Counted from the first letter of the stretch, positions 39,568 through 50,637 are shown. The stretch: 64,000 nucleotides of DNA from Candidatus Bathyarchaeota archaeon (GCA_963775465.1 CAVZIW010000003.1:192001-256000); one strand, 5' to 3'. Notes: a model not told the origin generated them from the letters alone. A program made the numbers and translations.

Positions 39568-40818
39568 ATGTTTAGAAAACTGTTAACTTTTGATGAAGCA
39601 AGAAAAATCATACAAAACCATTTTAAACCCACATCTCTCGGAGAGGAAGACATCGTGTTGTTGGAAGCATCCAACCGTGTGCTAAGCGAAAACGTGGCCT
39701 CAACTTTAGATATTCCGCCCTTTAACCGTTCAACCGTTGACGGCTACGCTGTTAGAGCTCAAAACACGTTTGGAGCAGACGAAAACTCGCCTGTTTCTTT
39801 AAAGGTGTGCGGTGTTGCCAATGTCGGTGAGCAACCAACCGTCAAGATTGCAGAGGGTGAAACAGTAGAGATTGTCACTGGCGCTCCGATTCCTGTTGGT
39901 GCAGACGCTGTTGTTATGGTTGAAGATACAGAACGAGAGGACAATGAACTCCAAGTTTTTGGTGCTGTTACCGCTAATGAGAATGTAATGAAGAAAGGCT
40001 CAGACATTAAGAAAGGACAATTAATCCTTAAAAAAGGACAATTGTTGGGTTCAAGCGAAATCGGGGTATTAGCAGCTTTAGGTTTAACTTCGGTTAAGGT
40101 GCTTAAAATTCCAATAGTTGCAGTTCTCTCAACGGGCGGTGAAGTAAATGAGCTGGGCAAAGAATTACCTCCCGGAAAAATCTACGACATAAATGCCTAC
40201 AGTGTAAGTACCGCCGTTATCGAAAGTGGAGGAAAACCCGTTTACTTAGGTGCAGTTCCTGATGAAAAAAATGCCTTAACAAAAGCATTGCAAACAGCTT
40301 TGGCTTCTTCGGATATGGTTATTACTTCTGGCGGTGTTTCTGTTGGTCCAAAAGATTACACGCCGCAAATTGTTGATTCATTGGGCAAACCTGGAATCGT
40401 AGTTTACGGAATTGCGGTTAAGCCGGGTAAACCAACTACTGTCGGTTTTGTTGGAGACAAACCGGTGTTCTCGTTGCCTGGTCACCCCACTTCAGCATTA
40501 CTGATTTTTTATTTGCTTGCTAGACCCCTGATTCTGCAATTGGCTGGAAGACCAGTGGGTGGTTTAAAGACGGTCAAAGCAATTGCCGGTTCCCGGATGT
40601 TTAGCGCAAGAGGCAGAAGAACCTTCGTGATGGTCAAATTAGAGTTCGATAAATCTTGTCGCTTGATTGCTGCACCTGTGGAAACCGGCGCTTCTGGCGC
40701 AATTACCACTTTGGCAAACGCCGATGGATTTATAGAAATTGCTGAAAATGAACAGTTTGTAGATGTGGACCAAGAAATTAACGTTTTTCTATTGAAGGGT
40801 TTCGGCAGAGGGGTTTAG
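39568..40818 (+). CDS. moeA: Molybdopterin molybdenumtransferase MoeA, copy 2
   Basis: FNRSTVDGYAV, TSGGVSVG, KPGKP and LPGHP motifs. Confidence 0.93.
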   Translation: MFRKLLTFDEARKIIQNHFKPTSLGEEDIVLLEASNRVLSENVASTLDIPPFNRSTVDGYAVRAQNTFGADENSPVSLKVCGVANVGEQPTVKIAEGETVEIVTGAPIPVGADAVVMVEDTEREDNELQVFGAVTANENVMKKGSDIKKGQLILKKGQLLGSSEIGVLAALGLTSVKVLKIPIVAVLSTGGEVNELGKELPPGKIYDINAYSVSTAVIESGGKPVYLGAVPDEKNALTKALQTALASSDMVITSGGVSVGPKDYTPQIVDSLGKPGIVVYGIAVKPGKPTTVGFVGDKPVFSLPGHPTSALLIFYLLARPLILQLAGRPVGGLKTVKAIAGSRMFSARGRRTFVMVKLEFDKSCRLIAAPVETGASGAITTLANADGFIEIAENEQFVDVDQEINVFLLKGFGRGV

Positions 40819-41162
40819 CTTCTTCTTTTTAGAAGCATACCGATCGCTACCAACCACGTTAGTATGACTAATGCTATCATGCTTAAAGCAACTGTTATGT
40901 TACTCAACCCAACTGCAAATAGTGTGTAGAGAGAGAAGACTGTGTTAACAATGAATAGAAAAGCAACAAGCCAAGGTGCCCACGCTCTTTTTGTGAAAAG
41001 ACTATAAGCAGTTATTAAACTCGCAATTGCCAGAAACCCTACATGTGGAGGATAACCTGAAAGTGGTAGAGATGCCAGAAAAACTATTCCTGCAATTCCA
41101 AAGAATGCAATGACTGCTAATTCTAAGCGGTTGAAACTCTTGAGTCTTTTTGCAATGGACAT
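40815..41162 (-). CDS. Small four-TM membrane protein
   Basis: 115 aa, four hydrophobic segments. Confidence 0.7.
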   Translation of the reverse strand: MSIAKRLKSFNRLELAVIAFFGIAGIVFLASLPLSGYPPHVGFLAIASLITAYSLFTKRAWAPWLVAFLFIVNTVFSLYTLFAVGLSNITVALSMIALVILTWLVAIGMLLKRRS

Positions 41163-41438
41163 GGTTTTTCGCCTTTACCTTAAGCAGTGAATGTTTTGTT
41201 AATAAATTTAATGTATTTGATTTGGCTGACTTATGCCAAAATAGGTTTAATTCGCTTTTGGTTTGTACCTTTTTCCTATAAACCTTACTATTTGCTGAGC
41301 AATGAGAATATGTTTGATGCTGAAGTATTTTGTTTCGGCAAAATTAACTCCGACTATTTATTTTAGTTCAATATGTTTCTTTGATAGCTTGATTTATTTG
41401 TAAATCTACATTATATTAATTAGAAACGAGGGATCGCA

Positions 41439-42032
41439 ATGCCTAAAGAAGAGCTATCTGTCTTAACAATTGGGCACTCTACTAGAACGCTTGAAGAATT
41501 CATTGAACTTCTGGAAGTCTACGGAATCACCTTAGTTGTCGATGTACGAACCGTTCCACATAGCAGACACAATCCCCAGTTTAATAAAGAAGCAATGCCA
41601 GCTAATCTTAAGCCCTGTGGCATTGGTTACATTCATATTCCCGACATCGGTGGTTTTCGGCGCCCTAAACCTAACTCAGTAAACTCAGCTTGGGGAAATG
41701 CTGGTTTTCGCGGATACGCCGATTATATGCAAACTAAAGAGTTTACAGAAAACTTGCTAAAGATCATCGCTCTGGCCAGAGAAAACCGTTTGGTGTTGAT
41801 GTGCGCGGAAGCGTTGCCTTGGAGATGCCACAGAAGTCTAATCAGCGACGCTCTAATTGTTAGGCATATTGACGTTGGACATATTATAAGTAAAACCAGC
41901 ATAATAAAACACAAACTAAACGAATCAGCCTACGTGGAAGGAACAAAAATAACCTATCCACTATACGCCAAAAAAACCCCTCAAAGAAGTCTAAGCGACT
42001 TTGGATCCCATTTCGAACCAAAGAATAAGTGA
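41439..42032 (+). CDS. DUF488 family protein
   Basis: TIGHS, DVRTVPHSR, GYADYM and MCAEALPWRCHRSLI motifs. Confidence 0.9.
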   Translation: MPKEELSVLTIGHSTRTLEEFIELLEVYGITLVVDVRTVPHSRHNPQFNKEAMPANLKPCGIGYIHIPDIGGFRRPKPNSVNSAWGNAGFRGYADYMQTKEFTENLLKIIALARENRLVLMCAEALPWRCHRSLISDALIVRHIDVGHIISKTSIIKHKLNESAYVEGTKITYPLYAKKTPQRSLSDFGSHFEPKNK

Positions 42033-42033
42033 G

Positions 42034-43389
42034 TTAATTCGCTTTTCCTTTTTGAAGTTTTGCAATAAAGAAGCCGTTACATTGATGGATGTGGGGGTAG
42101 AGTCTTTGACATTGGACTAAACCTTTTAGTCCTGGCAATCCAATTTTCGGTTCAATGTCTAACAGCTTGAAATCAGGATGCTCCTGAAGGAACTGCTCAA
42201 TTATACCCTCATTTTCTTCCAAGGTTATACTGCACGTAGAATAAGTCAAGACACCTCCAACGGCTACTTTTTCTGCGCAATTATTAATCATCTGCCATTG
42301 GATTTCCGACATGTTCTGAATTGATTTTGGGCTTAAGCGCCATTTCGCCGAGGGTTGTTTGGCAAAAACACCCGTACTTGTGCATGGCGGATCCAAAACC
42401 ACTAAATCTGCTTCACCAACAATTGGCAACGAAACCCTAATATCAGCGACTACTGGCTCTGCAATTTTTGAGCCCATCCGACTGTTCTCTTTTTTCCAGG
42501 TTTTCATTCGTTTAGCAGAAAAATCAACAGAAAAAATGGCGCCTTTGTTTTGCATAAGTTGGGCGAGGAAGGTTGTCTTAGCTCCTGGAGCAGCACAGAC
42601 ATCAAAAACTGTATTCCCAGGTTTGGGCGCGGCTACTTGAGTTGCAAAACAGCTTGCTTTATCTTGTATATAGAACAGGCCTTCTGCATAACTCGTAAGC
42701 GCGTTTAGAGGTTTTTTTGTTAAATTTACCTTGTAAGTATAAGGTAACTTTTCGACTTTTTGGAAATCGACACCTTCTTCGGTTAGCCTTTGCACAAAGT
42801 CATCTTCGGTTGTTCTCAACTCGTTAACACGGATATAGTTAGGGGGAGTTTTCATACTGCCTTCCAAAAGCTCTCCTGCAGCGTCTTCACCGAAAAGTTT
42901 GAAACAATACTCCACAAACCACTCAGGATGAAAAGTCTGCAAACTAACCCGCTCCAATTTAGTGACGCCTTTAATGATTGACTCGACTTTCTCGCTCAAC
43001 AAAAAGCCCAAATACGGCTCAACTTCACGCATAGTCTGCCAACCAAGGATGGCTCTGCCAAGGCTAGCGATAGACTCAGCTTCTTTAAGATTGAATTTAT
43101 CCCAGTTTTTGGTAACCCGAGTCTGATAAACGTACAATCTCAGGAAGGCTTGGATGCCAAGGTTATACTCCCCTATTTTCTTGGGCGTTACTACGCTATT
43201 GATGAATTTGTCTATGAGGTTGCGGCGGCGTTCCGTTTCAACTACTAAGCCATAAGCGAAGCGAATGGCGTCTGGGTCTTTAACGCCAAGTTGTTTCACA
43301 GTACGCATTAAGGCAGCCCGCTCGTTGAGACGACGCATCTCTATCCAACTAAGTGTTTCAATAGCAACAGTCCAAGCTTTGCGCAACAA
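42034..43389 (-). CDS. RsmB/NOP2-family RNA m5C methyltransferase
   Basis: IQDKAS, DVCAAPGAKT, LDPPCTSTG and YSTCS motifs. Confidence 0.92.
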   Translation of the reverse strand: MLRKAWTVAIETLSWIEMRRLNERAALMRTVKQLGVKDPDAIRFAYGLVVETERRRNLIDKFINSVVTPKKIGEYNLGIQAFLRLYVYQTRVTKNWDKFNLKEAESIASLGRAILGWQTMREVEPYLGFLLSEKVESIIKGVTKLERVSLQTFHPEWFVEYCFKLFGEDAAGELLEGSMKTPPNYIRVNELRTTEDDFVQRLTEEGVDFQKVEKLPYTYKVNLTKKPLNALTSYAEGLFYIQDKASCFATQVAAPKPGNTVFDVCAAPGAKTTFLAQLMQNKGAIFSVDFSAKRMKTWKKENSRMGSKIAEPVVADIRVSLPIVGEADLVVLDPPCTSTGVFAKQPSAKWRLSPKSIQNMSEIQWQMINNCAEKVAVGGVLTYSTCSITLEENEGIIEQFLQEHPDFKLLDIEPKIGLPGLKGLVQCQRLYPHIHQCNGFFIAKLQKGKAN

Positions 43390-43548
43390 ATCTTTTCACA
43401 ACCCCTAAACAATACATGTCCAATATTAAGGCGTTAAAAGAAGAAGTCTGATAATACATCCCGTAATTGAAGTCGGAGACAACCTGCATCCTATCTGCAA
43501 ATTATTTATTAGCTCAAATCAAAATAGATCTCAAAAGGGAGAACTATC

Positions 43549-44358
43549 GTGAATTCACAATCATCACTCAAAAATCAACGTAAACTTGTTTTAACACATG
43601 ATGTTGACTGGCCGTTTAAGGGTCCTGAAAAAACACATGTTTTGGCCCGGCAAGATAGATTCACTCCCGAAATAATCCAAAAAGTCAAAAATGAAGATTT
43701 CAACCCATACTTTGGGGTGCCTAAGGTCAGAGAAATTGAAGAAAAATTTGGGGTTCGTTCAACTTTCTTCTTTAGACCAATTTATGATGACGGAAGCAAA
43801 ATCGACGAATACACACAAACCATACGCGATCTTGTTGCGCATGGTTGGGAAGTTGGATTACATGCAAACAACACTTCAACTGTAGAAAATGTGAAAGAGG
43901 AAAAAGGCATAATTGAAAAAGCCTTAGGAAAAACTATTTGCGGCTGCCGTGTACATTGCCTAAAACTCTACGAAAACACATACCTCAACTTGGCATCAGC
44001 GGGCATAAAATACGACTCCTCTATTTCTTTTGACAAACGAAACATAATTCCTAAAAACACGGGTTACCTAAATAGAAACGATGTAACCATTTTCCCTATA
44101 ACATTCATGGACGCATACCTTTTCACTTACATGGGGCTTACTGAAGAAACCATCGTTCCATTTTTAGTAAAAACTACTGAAAGCCTTTATGCTTCAGGGG
44201 TTCAACTCATCATGTTGCTATGGCACGATAACTCAGTTATGATGAAAGGCGGTCGAACATACCCCCAACTTATAAAGGAACTTGCTGCCAAAGGCGATAT
44301 AACATTTTTAACTGGATTAGAAGCCTTTAACCAAGTAAGAGAGACTGAACAGAAATGA
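43549..44358 (+). CDS. Polysaccharide deacetylase (NodB/CE4-like) family protein
   Basis: THDVD, STFFF, EVGLH, YDSS and LLWHD motifs. Confidence 0.85.
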   Translation: MNSQSSLKNQRKLVLTHDVDWPFKGPEKTHVLARQDRFTPEIIQKVKNEDFNPYFGVPKVREIEEKFGVRSTFFFRPIYDDGSKIDEYTQTIRDLVAHGWEVGLHANNTSTVENVKEEKGIIEKALGKTICGCRVHCLKLYENTYLNLASAGIKYDSSISFDKRNIIPKNTGYLNRNDVTIFPITFMDAYLFTYMGLTEETIVPFLVKTTESLYASGVQLIMLLWHDNSVMMKGGRTYPQLIKELAAKGDITFLTGLEAFNQVRETEQK

Positions 44359-45440
44359 CGAACATATTGGTAACTGGAGCAGGCGGTTCAGGCGGTATCA
44401 GCTTCATCCGGGCACTTAGATTAGCTGAGAACCAGAAAAAAATAAAAATCTATGTTGCAAGCACTGACCACAACCCTCACTTTTTGAACTTCTCAGACGC
44501 CGAGGTAAAATACCACTCACCTCGACACGACGACTCTGCCTTCATACCAATGCTGCAAAAAATAATTCGTCAACACAACATTGAATTTTTGCATCCTCAT
44601 CCCAGTAGTGAAGCCCAGAAGGTCTCAGAAAATTTGGTGCAATTTAAAAACGTCAGAACATACCTCCCCAAACCCTCAGCGATTATGCCCGACAAACTGA
44701 CAATATACAAAATCCTGAGCAAAAAAGGTATTCGCGTACCCAAAACCATTGAGGTTAAAACTTACGACGATATTGAGAGAGCTTTTTCAGAAATCGGTAA
44801 ACCACTCTGGATTCGAGCGCGCCGCGGCGCAGGCGGAAGGCTTGGCTTAAAAGTGGAGACCGCAGAGCAGGCAATGCATTGGGTAGAACTTAATAGGTTG
44901 CAGGGCAGAAGTAGAGTATCAGATTTTGTAATTCAAGAGTTTCTGCCCGGTAGAGACTTAGCATTTGATTCCCTTTGGTACAAGGGGAAGCTGGTTACAT
45001 CATATTGCCGAGAACGGTTGGAGTATTTCTTAAAGCACATTTCACTTTCAGGCATCACAGGGACACCTACAATTGCTCAGACAATAATTGATGAAAAGAT
45101 TAATCGAATCGGGGTAAGTGCAGTTAAAGCCCTCGATCCAAATCCACATGGTTTTTATTCAACGGATATCAAGGAAGATTTACAAAAAAACTGCGCCGTC
45201 ACAGAAGTTGATGGTAAATGGCATACAACTGCACCGCTCTGGGGCTACAGCTTCTCAAAGGTCTTCAATAAACCAGAACTCAACATCACTTACCAATACC
45301 TCAAATTGGCATTGGAAGGAGAAACCGATGGAGATTTACCAACTTATGATCTGTTTCCAAGTGACTATTTTTTGGTAAGGCAGTTGGATGCAGGCGTCAT
45401 CCTCGAAAAAAAGAAGGATCAGACATGGCGCATAATATAA
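44355..45440 (+). CDS. ATP-grasp carboxylate-amine ligase (CarB-like, stand-alone)
   Basis: ILVTGAGG pre-grasp domain; DKL, GAGGR, IQEFLPG, STDIK and VTEVD motifs. Confidence 0.85.
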   Translation: MTNILVTGAGGSGGISFIRALRLAENQKKIKIYVASTDHNPHFLNFSDAEVKYHSPRHDDSAFIPMLQKIIRQHNIEFLHPHPSSEAQKVSENLVQFKNVRTYLPKPSAIMPDKLTIYKILSKKGIRVPKTIEVKTYDDIERAFSEIGKPLWIRARRGAGGRLGLKVETAEQAMHWVELNRLQGRSRVSDFVIQEFLPGRDLAFDSLWYKGKLVTSYCRERLEYFLKHISLSGITGTPTIAQTIIDEKINRIGVSAVKALDPNPHGFYSTDIKEDLQKNCAVTEVDGKWHTTAPLWGYSFSKVFNKPELNITYQYLKLALEGETDGDLPTYDLFPSDYFLVRQLDAGVILEKKKDQTWRII

Positions 45441-46003
45441 ATTCCAAAGTCTCAGCAGTTGCACTCGACTTCGATGGCGTAATCGTTAACTTGAAAATTG
45501 ATTGGAAAAACGCGATTGAGCAAGGCTCAAAGATAGTTGGACACGACATCAAAAGTTTATTACTCTTCTACGAGGAATGCTTTGGCACCCCCATCTTTCA
45601 GAAAGTCAGCTCGGAAACGGAAAAAATCGAGTTAGAGGCGCTAAAAAAAAGTAAACCAGTCCCACATGTTGCCGAGTTCCTGCAGAAACTTTCGGAGAAA
45701 AATATTGAAATCTACATTGTTTCCATGCAAAGCCAAAGAGTAATACAGACTTTCCTCAACCAACAAGGCTTGAATTGCTACTTCAAAGAAGTCATAACCA
45801 GAGAGCAATATCCAACTAAACAAGCCCAAGTCCAATATGTCGCAAAAACAGCATCAGGCAAGGTGTTATTTGTCGATGACTCCAAGCGCAACATTGAAAA
45901 TTGCAAAGGATTGGGAGTACTGTCTTTCTATTTTGCCCGAAACCCCGAGCCTGAAGACGCAGAAAAAGCTTGGCGTAACCTAGTGAATTTATTAGAGAGC
46001 TGA
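45425..46003 (+). CDS. HAD-superfamily hydrolase
   Basis: LDFDGVI motif I and FVDDS motif IV. Confidence 0.88.
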   Translation: MAHNINSKVSAVALDFDGVIVNLKIDWKNAIEQGSKIVGHDIKSLLLFYEECFGTPIFQKVSSETEKIELEALKKSKPVPHVAEFLQKLSEKNIEIYIVSMQSQRVIQTFLNQQGLNCYFKEVITREQYPTKQAQVQYVAKTASGKVLFVDDSKRNIENCKGLGVLSFYFARNPEPEDAEKAWRNLVNLLES

Positions 46004-46119
46004 ATTCGTTCAAAAAACACTATAAACTCCTTCTATAGACGCTCAACTAATTCAACATTTTTTAGTCAATAAGGATTTTAGTGCGTTTTCACCATAGAGG
46101 ATGCAAAGGTTCACTTTGG

Positions 46120-48834
46120 ATGTCACAGCAAAGTTTAGATTCTTTCTGGGTTACACCTAAAAAACCTCAGCAACAACCAAAACCAGTGTTGCCACAAGCC
46201 CCCAAAGCTACGTTTGACGCTAAGTCAGAACTGAAAAAACGTGAACATAAACGTCCAACATTTCCGCCTTTGGCTCCAGCGAATCTTCCCCCGTCATATT
46301 TTGTATCCGCTACATACGATGGGAAACAAAAAAAAGCAGTAATCAAACTCTATGAGCCAGAATCCGGTGAAATCTACTTCTGGTACGACAATACAGGGCA
46401 TCTGCCTTACCTATTAACTAACCTTTCAGTACATGAATTAGGCAAACTCGACAGAGTTATGCAACACGAAGGGTTTGACCACTTTGAAACTGAAGAAAAA
46501 ATTGACTCTCTGATGGATAAAAAAATCATAGTAACAAAAGTAGTCTGCAAAGATCCCCTAGCAATCGGAGGACGACCTGGCGGCACAATCAGAGATATAA
46601 TACCCGATGATTTCCCTAAAGTTGCAGAAAACTATGTTGACTCTAAAGAAATCAAAGTATGGGAATCCAAAATCAAATATTATCAAACATACATTTACGA
46701 CCAAAAGCTGTTGCCAGGCATGATCTACGAAATTAAAGACGGAAACTTGGTGGAAACGGTCATAGAGCAAGCTGCCGAGAATTTGAATAAAATCCGAGAA
46801 ATCTTCAAAGACTGTACAGTGGAAGAACAGGAATTTGTTGAAATGTGGGCAAAGCTTTTGGAGTATCCTGCACCCAAATTCCGGCGCGCAGCCATAGACA
46901 TCGAAGTCTACTCACCTTTGGCAAAACGTGTACCTGACGCACGTGAAGGCGCCTGCCCTATAATTGCCTGCTCTATATACAGTTCTGATGGGGAAAAACG
47001 TGTGCTAGTGCTCAAACGGGAGGATATGCAGCAAGGCGATAGCTCCCTATCTGAAGGCATTGACGTTGAGTTCTGCGAAACGGAAACAGAATTGCTAAAG
47101 AAAGTCTTCGAAGTACTCTGGACTTACCCATTTATCTTGACTTTTAACGGAGACGATTTTGACCTACGATACCTTGCTCACCGCGCCTACAATTTGGGTT
47201 TTAACAAAAAAGACATCCCCATTAACATCGGCAAACGCGTCTGTCTATTGCCCTATGGAATCCACATAGACCTCTACAAGTTCTTCTTCAACCGCAGCGT
47301 TCAAATCTACGCTTACGGTGGGCGCTACAAAGATGTCAGCCTCGACGATGTTGGCAACGCCTTAATCGGCACACAAAAAATCCACATAGACAAAGACTTT
47401 GGCGACCTTAACTATAGTGAACTAGCCGCTTACTGTTTACGCGATTCTGAAATCACATACAAGCTTACTAGTTTTGACAACGACTCCGCCATGAAGTTGC
47501 TGCTTGTACTTGCCCGAATCAGTAGCATGCCAATGGAAGACGTAAGTAGACAAGGTGTAAGCCGCTGGATACGCAACTTTATGCACCGGGAACACCGCAA
47601 ACGTAACATGCTTATACCTAATGCTGAAGACATCCTCACTAAGAAAGGCAAAACCAGCACAACCGCAGTTATCAAAGGCAAGAAATACAAAGGCGCTATA
47701 GTGGTGGAGCCAACGCCGGGCGTACACTTTAATGTTGCCGTTATGGACTTTCCCAGTCTGTACCCCTCTATTATCAAAGTCTGGAATTTAGGTTATCAAT
47801 CCATCTGCTGCAATCATCCAGGTTGCAAAGGGCACACGATTCCAGATACCCAGCACTGGGTTTGTATAGAGCAAAGGGCGCTTGAGAGTCTCCTTATAGG
47901 TTCGCTTAGGGATTTGCGTGTGCGATGGTACAAAAGTCGTGCCAAAGATAAATCCCTACCAGCGGAATTGCGCAGCTGGTATAATACCGCGCAGGGAGCG
48001 CTCAAAGTCATCTTAAATGCCAGCTACGGCGTCTTCGGAGCTGACAGCTTTGACCTTTACTGTCCGCCGGTCGCGGAAGCAACTGCTGCTGTCGGACGCT
48101 ATAGTATCACCCAAATCTTAAAGCATGCTGAAGCAGTGGGAATCAAGGTGCTTTACGGTGACACTGATAGTGTATTTTTGAAAAACCCAACTAAAGAACA
48201 AATCGAAGACGTTGTCCACTATACTGAACACGAGTTGGGCATGGGTATAGACATGGAAAAAATGTATCGCTACGCCGTCTTTAGTTCCCGTAAGAAAAAC
48301 TATCTGGGTGTATTAGAAGATGGCAGCGTTGACGTAAAAGGGTTGACAGGCAAGAAAAAACATATACCCCTCTTCATCAAGGACGCATTTAACCAGATGA
48401 AAGAACGGCTAGCAAAAGTCAAGAACCCAGAGGATTTCGAGAAAGCGCGAAAAGATATCGCAAACATTGTTCGGGAACGTTACAATGTTCTTAAACGTCG
48501 TGAGTGGGGCGAGATGAATGACCTTGCGTTCCATGTCGTTTTGGGTGATGCACTTGAGCATTACACTAAAACAACTCCTCAGCATGTGAAAGCAGCAAGA
48601 ATCTTAGCTGAAAGTGGTAAGGAACTCCGCGCGGGCGATCTCATCAGCTTTGTCAAAGTCAATAGTAATAAAGATCGCGTAAAACCAGTAGAGCTAGCAA
48701 CAAGAAACGAGGTTGACGTCGACAAATACACTGCCTATCTGCACAGTACATTTGATCAAGTATTAGATGCCTTAGGTCTCAATTTCGATGAAATAATTGG
48801 ATTAACACGACTTGAGAGTTTTCTTGGAGCTTAA
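46120..48834 (+). CDS. polB1: Family B DNA polymerase, PolB1 type
   Basis: Exonuclease motifs DIE, FNGDDFD and YCLRD; polymerase motifs DFPSLYPS, KVILNASYG and YGDTDS; no intein. Confidence 0.95.
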   Translation: MSQQSLDSFWVTPKKPQQQPKPVLPQAPKATFDAKSELKKREHKRPTFPPLAPANLPPSYFVSATYDGKQKKAVIKLYEPESGEIYFWYDNTGHLPYLLTNLSVHELGKLDRVMQHEGFDHFETEEKIDSLMDKKIIVTKVVCKDPLAIGGRPGGTIRDIIPDDFPKVAENYVDSKEIKVWESKIKYYQTYIYDQKLLPGMIYEIKDGNLVETVIEQAAENLNKIREIFKDCTVEEQEFVEMWAKLLEYPAPKFRRAAIDIEVYSPLAKRVPDAREGACPIIACSIYSSDGEKRVLVLKREDMQQGDSSLSEGIDVEFCETETELLKKVFEVLWTYPFILTFNGDDFDLRYLAHRAYNLGFNKKDIPINIGKRVCLLPYGIHIDLYKFFFNRSVQIYAYGGRYKDVSLDDVGNALIGTQKIHIDKDFGDLNYSELAAYCLRDSEITYKLTSFDNDSAMKLLLVLARISSMPMEDVSRQGVSRWIRNFMHREHRKRNMLIPNAEDILTKKGKTSTTAVIKGKKYKGAIVVEPTPGVHFNVAVMDFPSLYPSIIKVWNLGYQSICCNHPGCKGHTIPDTQHWVCIEQRALESLLIGSLRDLRVRWYKSRAKDKSLPAELRSWYNTAQGALKVILNASYGVFGADSFDLYCPPVAEATAAVGRYSITQILKHAEAVGIKVLYGDTDSVFLKNPTKEQIEDVVHYTEHELGMGIDMEKMYRYAVFSSRKKNYLGVLEDGSVDVKGLTGKKKHIPLFIKDAFNQMKERLAKVKNPEDFEKARKDIANIVRERYNVLKRREWGEMNDLAFHVVLGDALEHYTKTTPQHVKAARILAESGKELRAGDLISFVKVNSNKDRVKPVELATRNEVDVDKYTAYLHSTFDQVLDALGLNFDEIIGLTRLESFLGA

Positions 48835-48877
48835 CATGCACCTATCAACCTCTCCTTCTATCTGATATATTCTGAAA

Positions 48878-49759
48878 TCATGGATTCAACTTTTGGTTCT
48901 TGGTAGCAATGACTTCTCTTAAAGTTTGCTGCATTTTTCGAGCATCAATGTCCAAGATAGGTGATTCGCATATTATAGTTGGATGCATCCCAAAATCCAC
49001 GAACACCTCTGCCAGCATTCGAAATTCAGGCCCGTACCTCTCTTCGTCAAGGGTATGGTGACGTTTTTCTCCTTGACCGCTGAACTCGATTTTAGAGAAA
49101 TGGCAATGCATGTTTCGAAGGGTTTGGGTACCTAGTTTTTCCTCCACTTTTTCAGCAATTTTGCGGAAGTCCTCAACTGTCTTAAATGCGCCTTGATGCA
49201 GCGCGTGTAAATGTCCCCAGTCAATTACAAGTTGAGTTGCATCGACTTCTTGATTGATGGCGATTATTTCATCTATGTTTCCAACTTGAAATTTTCTGCC
49301 CATTGTTTCCGGTCCCAACTTGACCTTTAAGCCGAGACTTTTCATTTCAGCACTGATTTCTTTGAGGGCAGTTAAACATTGTTTGAAGGCAAAATCCTTT
49401 TCGAACTTGCCGTAAAATCCACTATGAAAAACAACAACGTAAGCTCCCATCCAATCTGCAGCAGTTGCAGCGGCAATTAAGCGTTGTTTGCTGGCTTCAA
49501 CCACTTCTTTTTTTCCTGATAAATTAACAAAGTATGAGCCATGCATGCTGAGGCGAACATCATTTTTTTTGCATTCCTTCCCAAGTTTCTGGGCGTCTTC
49601 CGTCTTTATCTGTGGTTTTGTACCCCAACGTGACGCTTGATACTCTAGAGCGTCAAGTCCTTCTTCACGCAAGAGTTTTGGTACATCAGCTGTAGTCGCA
49701 CCTAGCATCCTGAACATTGGGGGTACGCCTGCTGGACCAAAACGCGTGCGCTCAGCCAT
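48878..49759 (-). CDS. nfo: Endonuclease IV (AP endonuclease 2, TIM barrel)
   Basis: FGPAG, HGSYFVNL, VFHSG, PETMG, IDWGH, HCHFS and ICESP motifs. Confidence 0.88.
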   Translation of the reverse strand: MAERTRFGPAGVPPMFRMLGATTADVPKLLREEGLDALEYQASRWGTKPQIKTEDAQKLGKECKKNDVRLSMHGSYFVNLSGKKEVVEASKQRLIAAATAADWMGAYVVVFHSGFYGKFEKDFAFKQCLTALKEISAEMKSLGLKVKLGPETMGRKFQVGNIDEIIAINQEVDATQLVIDWGHLHALHQGAFKTVEDFRKIAEKVEEKLGTQTLRNMHCHFSKIEFSGQGEKRHHTLDEERYGPEFRMLAEVFVDFGMHPTIICESPILDIDARKMQQTLREVIATKNQKLNP

Positions 49760-49854
49760 AGAATCCCTTTTTCACCCTAAAGGCTGCGTGGGCAATAACG
49801 TTTTCTCTAAAAGTTAGTCAGTGGTGCAGATTCTACTTTTTTATATTCTTCTTT

Positions 49855-50637
49855 TTAGAGAAATTGTGTTATGTTTGGAATGGGCACAAAAAAGTGGATA
49901 TAGATAGTTACTGCAAGTATTCCTGCAGTAATTGCCAACAAACCAAAATCCCCCCTGTGCAGTTTTAGAGCATACAGATTACTGCGTCTTTTTGTTGCTC
50001 CCCAAGCACGTGACTCCATGGCTTCTGCAAGCTCAAGGCTACGCCGAATAGCGCTAACAATTAACGGGATGAGAACAGGAACGTAATTTCTAATTCTTTT
50101 AAGCAGGTTACCTTTTTCGAGTTCGAGCCCTCGAGCTTTTTGGGCATCCATGATTGTTTGGGCTTCTTCTGCCAGAACTGGAACAAATCGTACTGCAGTT
50201 GTAAAAGCAAAAGCGAATTCATAAGGTACTTTTGACTCTTCTAGCGCCAACCCCAAATGGTCAGGGGAGGTAGTTAAGAAGAAAACTGAAAACGATTCTA
50301 CTAACACCACAAACCTCAAAGTTAATGAAACCGCATTTTCCACTGCTTCAGCAGTTATTGTATACCCTGAAGTAAAGTAAACTGTTGCTACATTAACTAG
50401 AAATATGAACGTGGCCAAAAAAGCGGCGCCTCGCAAAGACCTTAACCATTGTTTTTGGACATGAGCAAGCAAAACGAAAGGAATTTGCATTAAAAACAGA
50501 ATCGCCAGTGGAATAATTTGTGAAAAAACTATTGCAACAATAAAGATTGCAATAACGTAAACAAACTTGATTCTTGGATCTAAATTGTGGATGGGAGAAT
50601 AGACTTTTCGGAACCTTAAGCCGTCAAAAACACTCAT
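49855..50637 (-). CDS. ecfT: ECF transporter transmembrane component T
   Basis: LDPRIK, RFVP, AQKARG and AMESR motifs. Confidence 0.92.
   Translation of the reverse strand: MSVFDGLRFRKVYSPIHNLDPRIKFVYVIAIFIVAIVFSQIIPLAILFLMQIPFVLLAHVQKQWLRSLRGAAFLATFIFLVNVATVYFTSGYTITAEAVENAVSLTLRFVVLVESFSVFFLTTSPDHLGLALEESKVPYEFAFAFTTAVRFVPVLAEEAQTIMDAQKARGLELEKGNLLKRIRNYVPVLIPLIVSAIRRSLELAEAMESRAWGATKRRSNLYALKLHRGDFGLLAITAGILAVTIYIHFFVPIPNITQFL

Noticed and set aside
38317-40818. Tandem moeA duplication
   Set aside because: Two MoeA paralogs are standard in archaea.
46120-48834. Possible intein or inactivated PolB
   Set aside because: Normal length, all exonuclease and polymerase motifs intact, no intein splice motifs.
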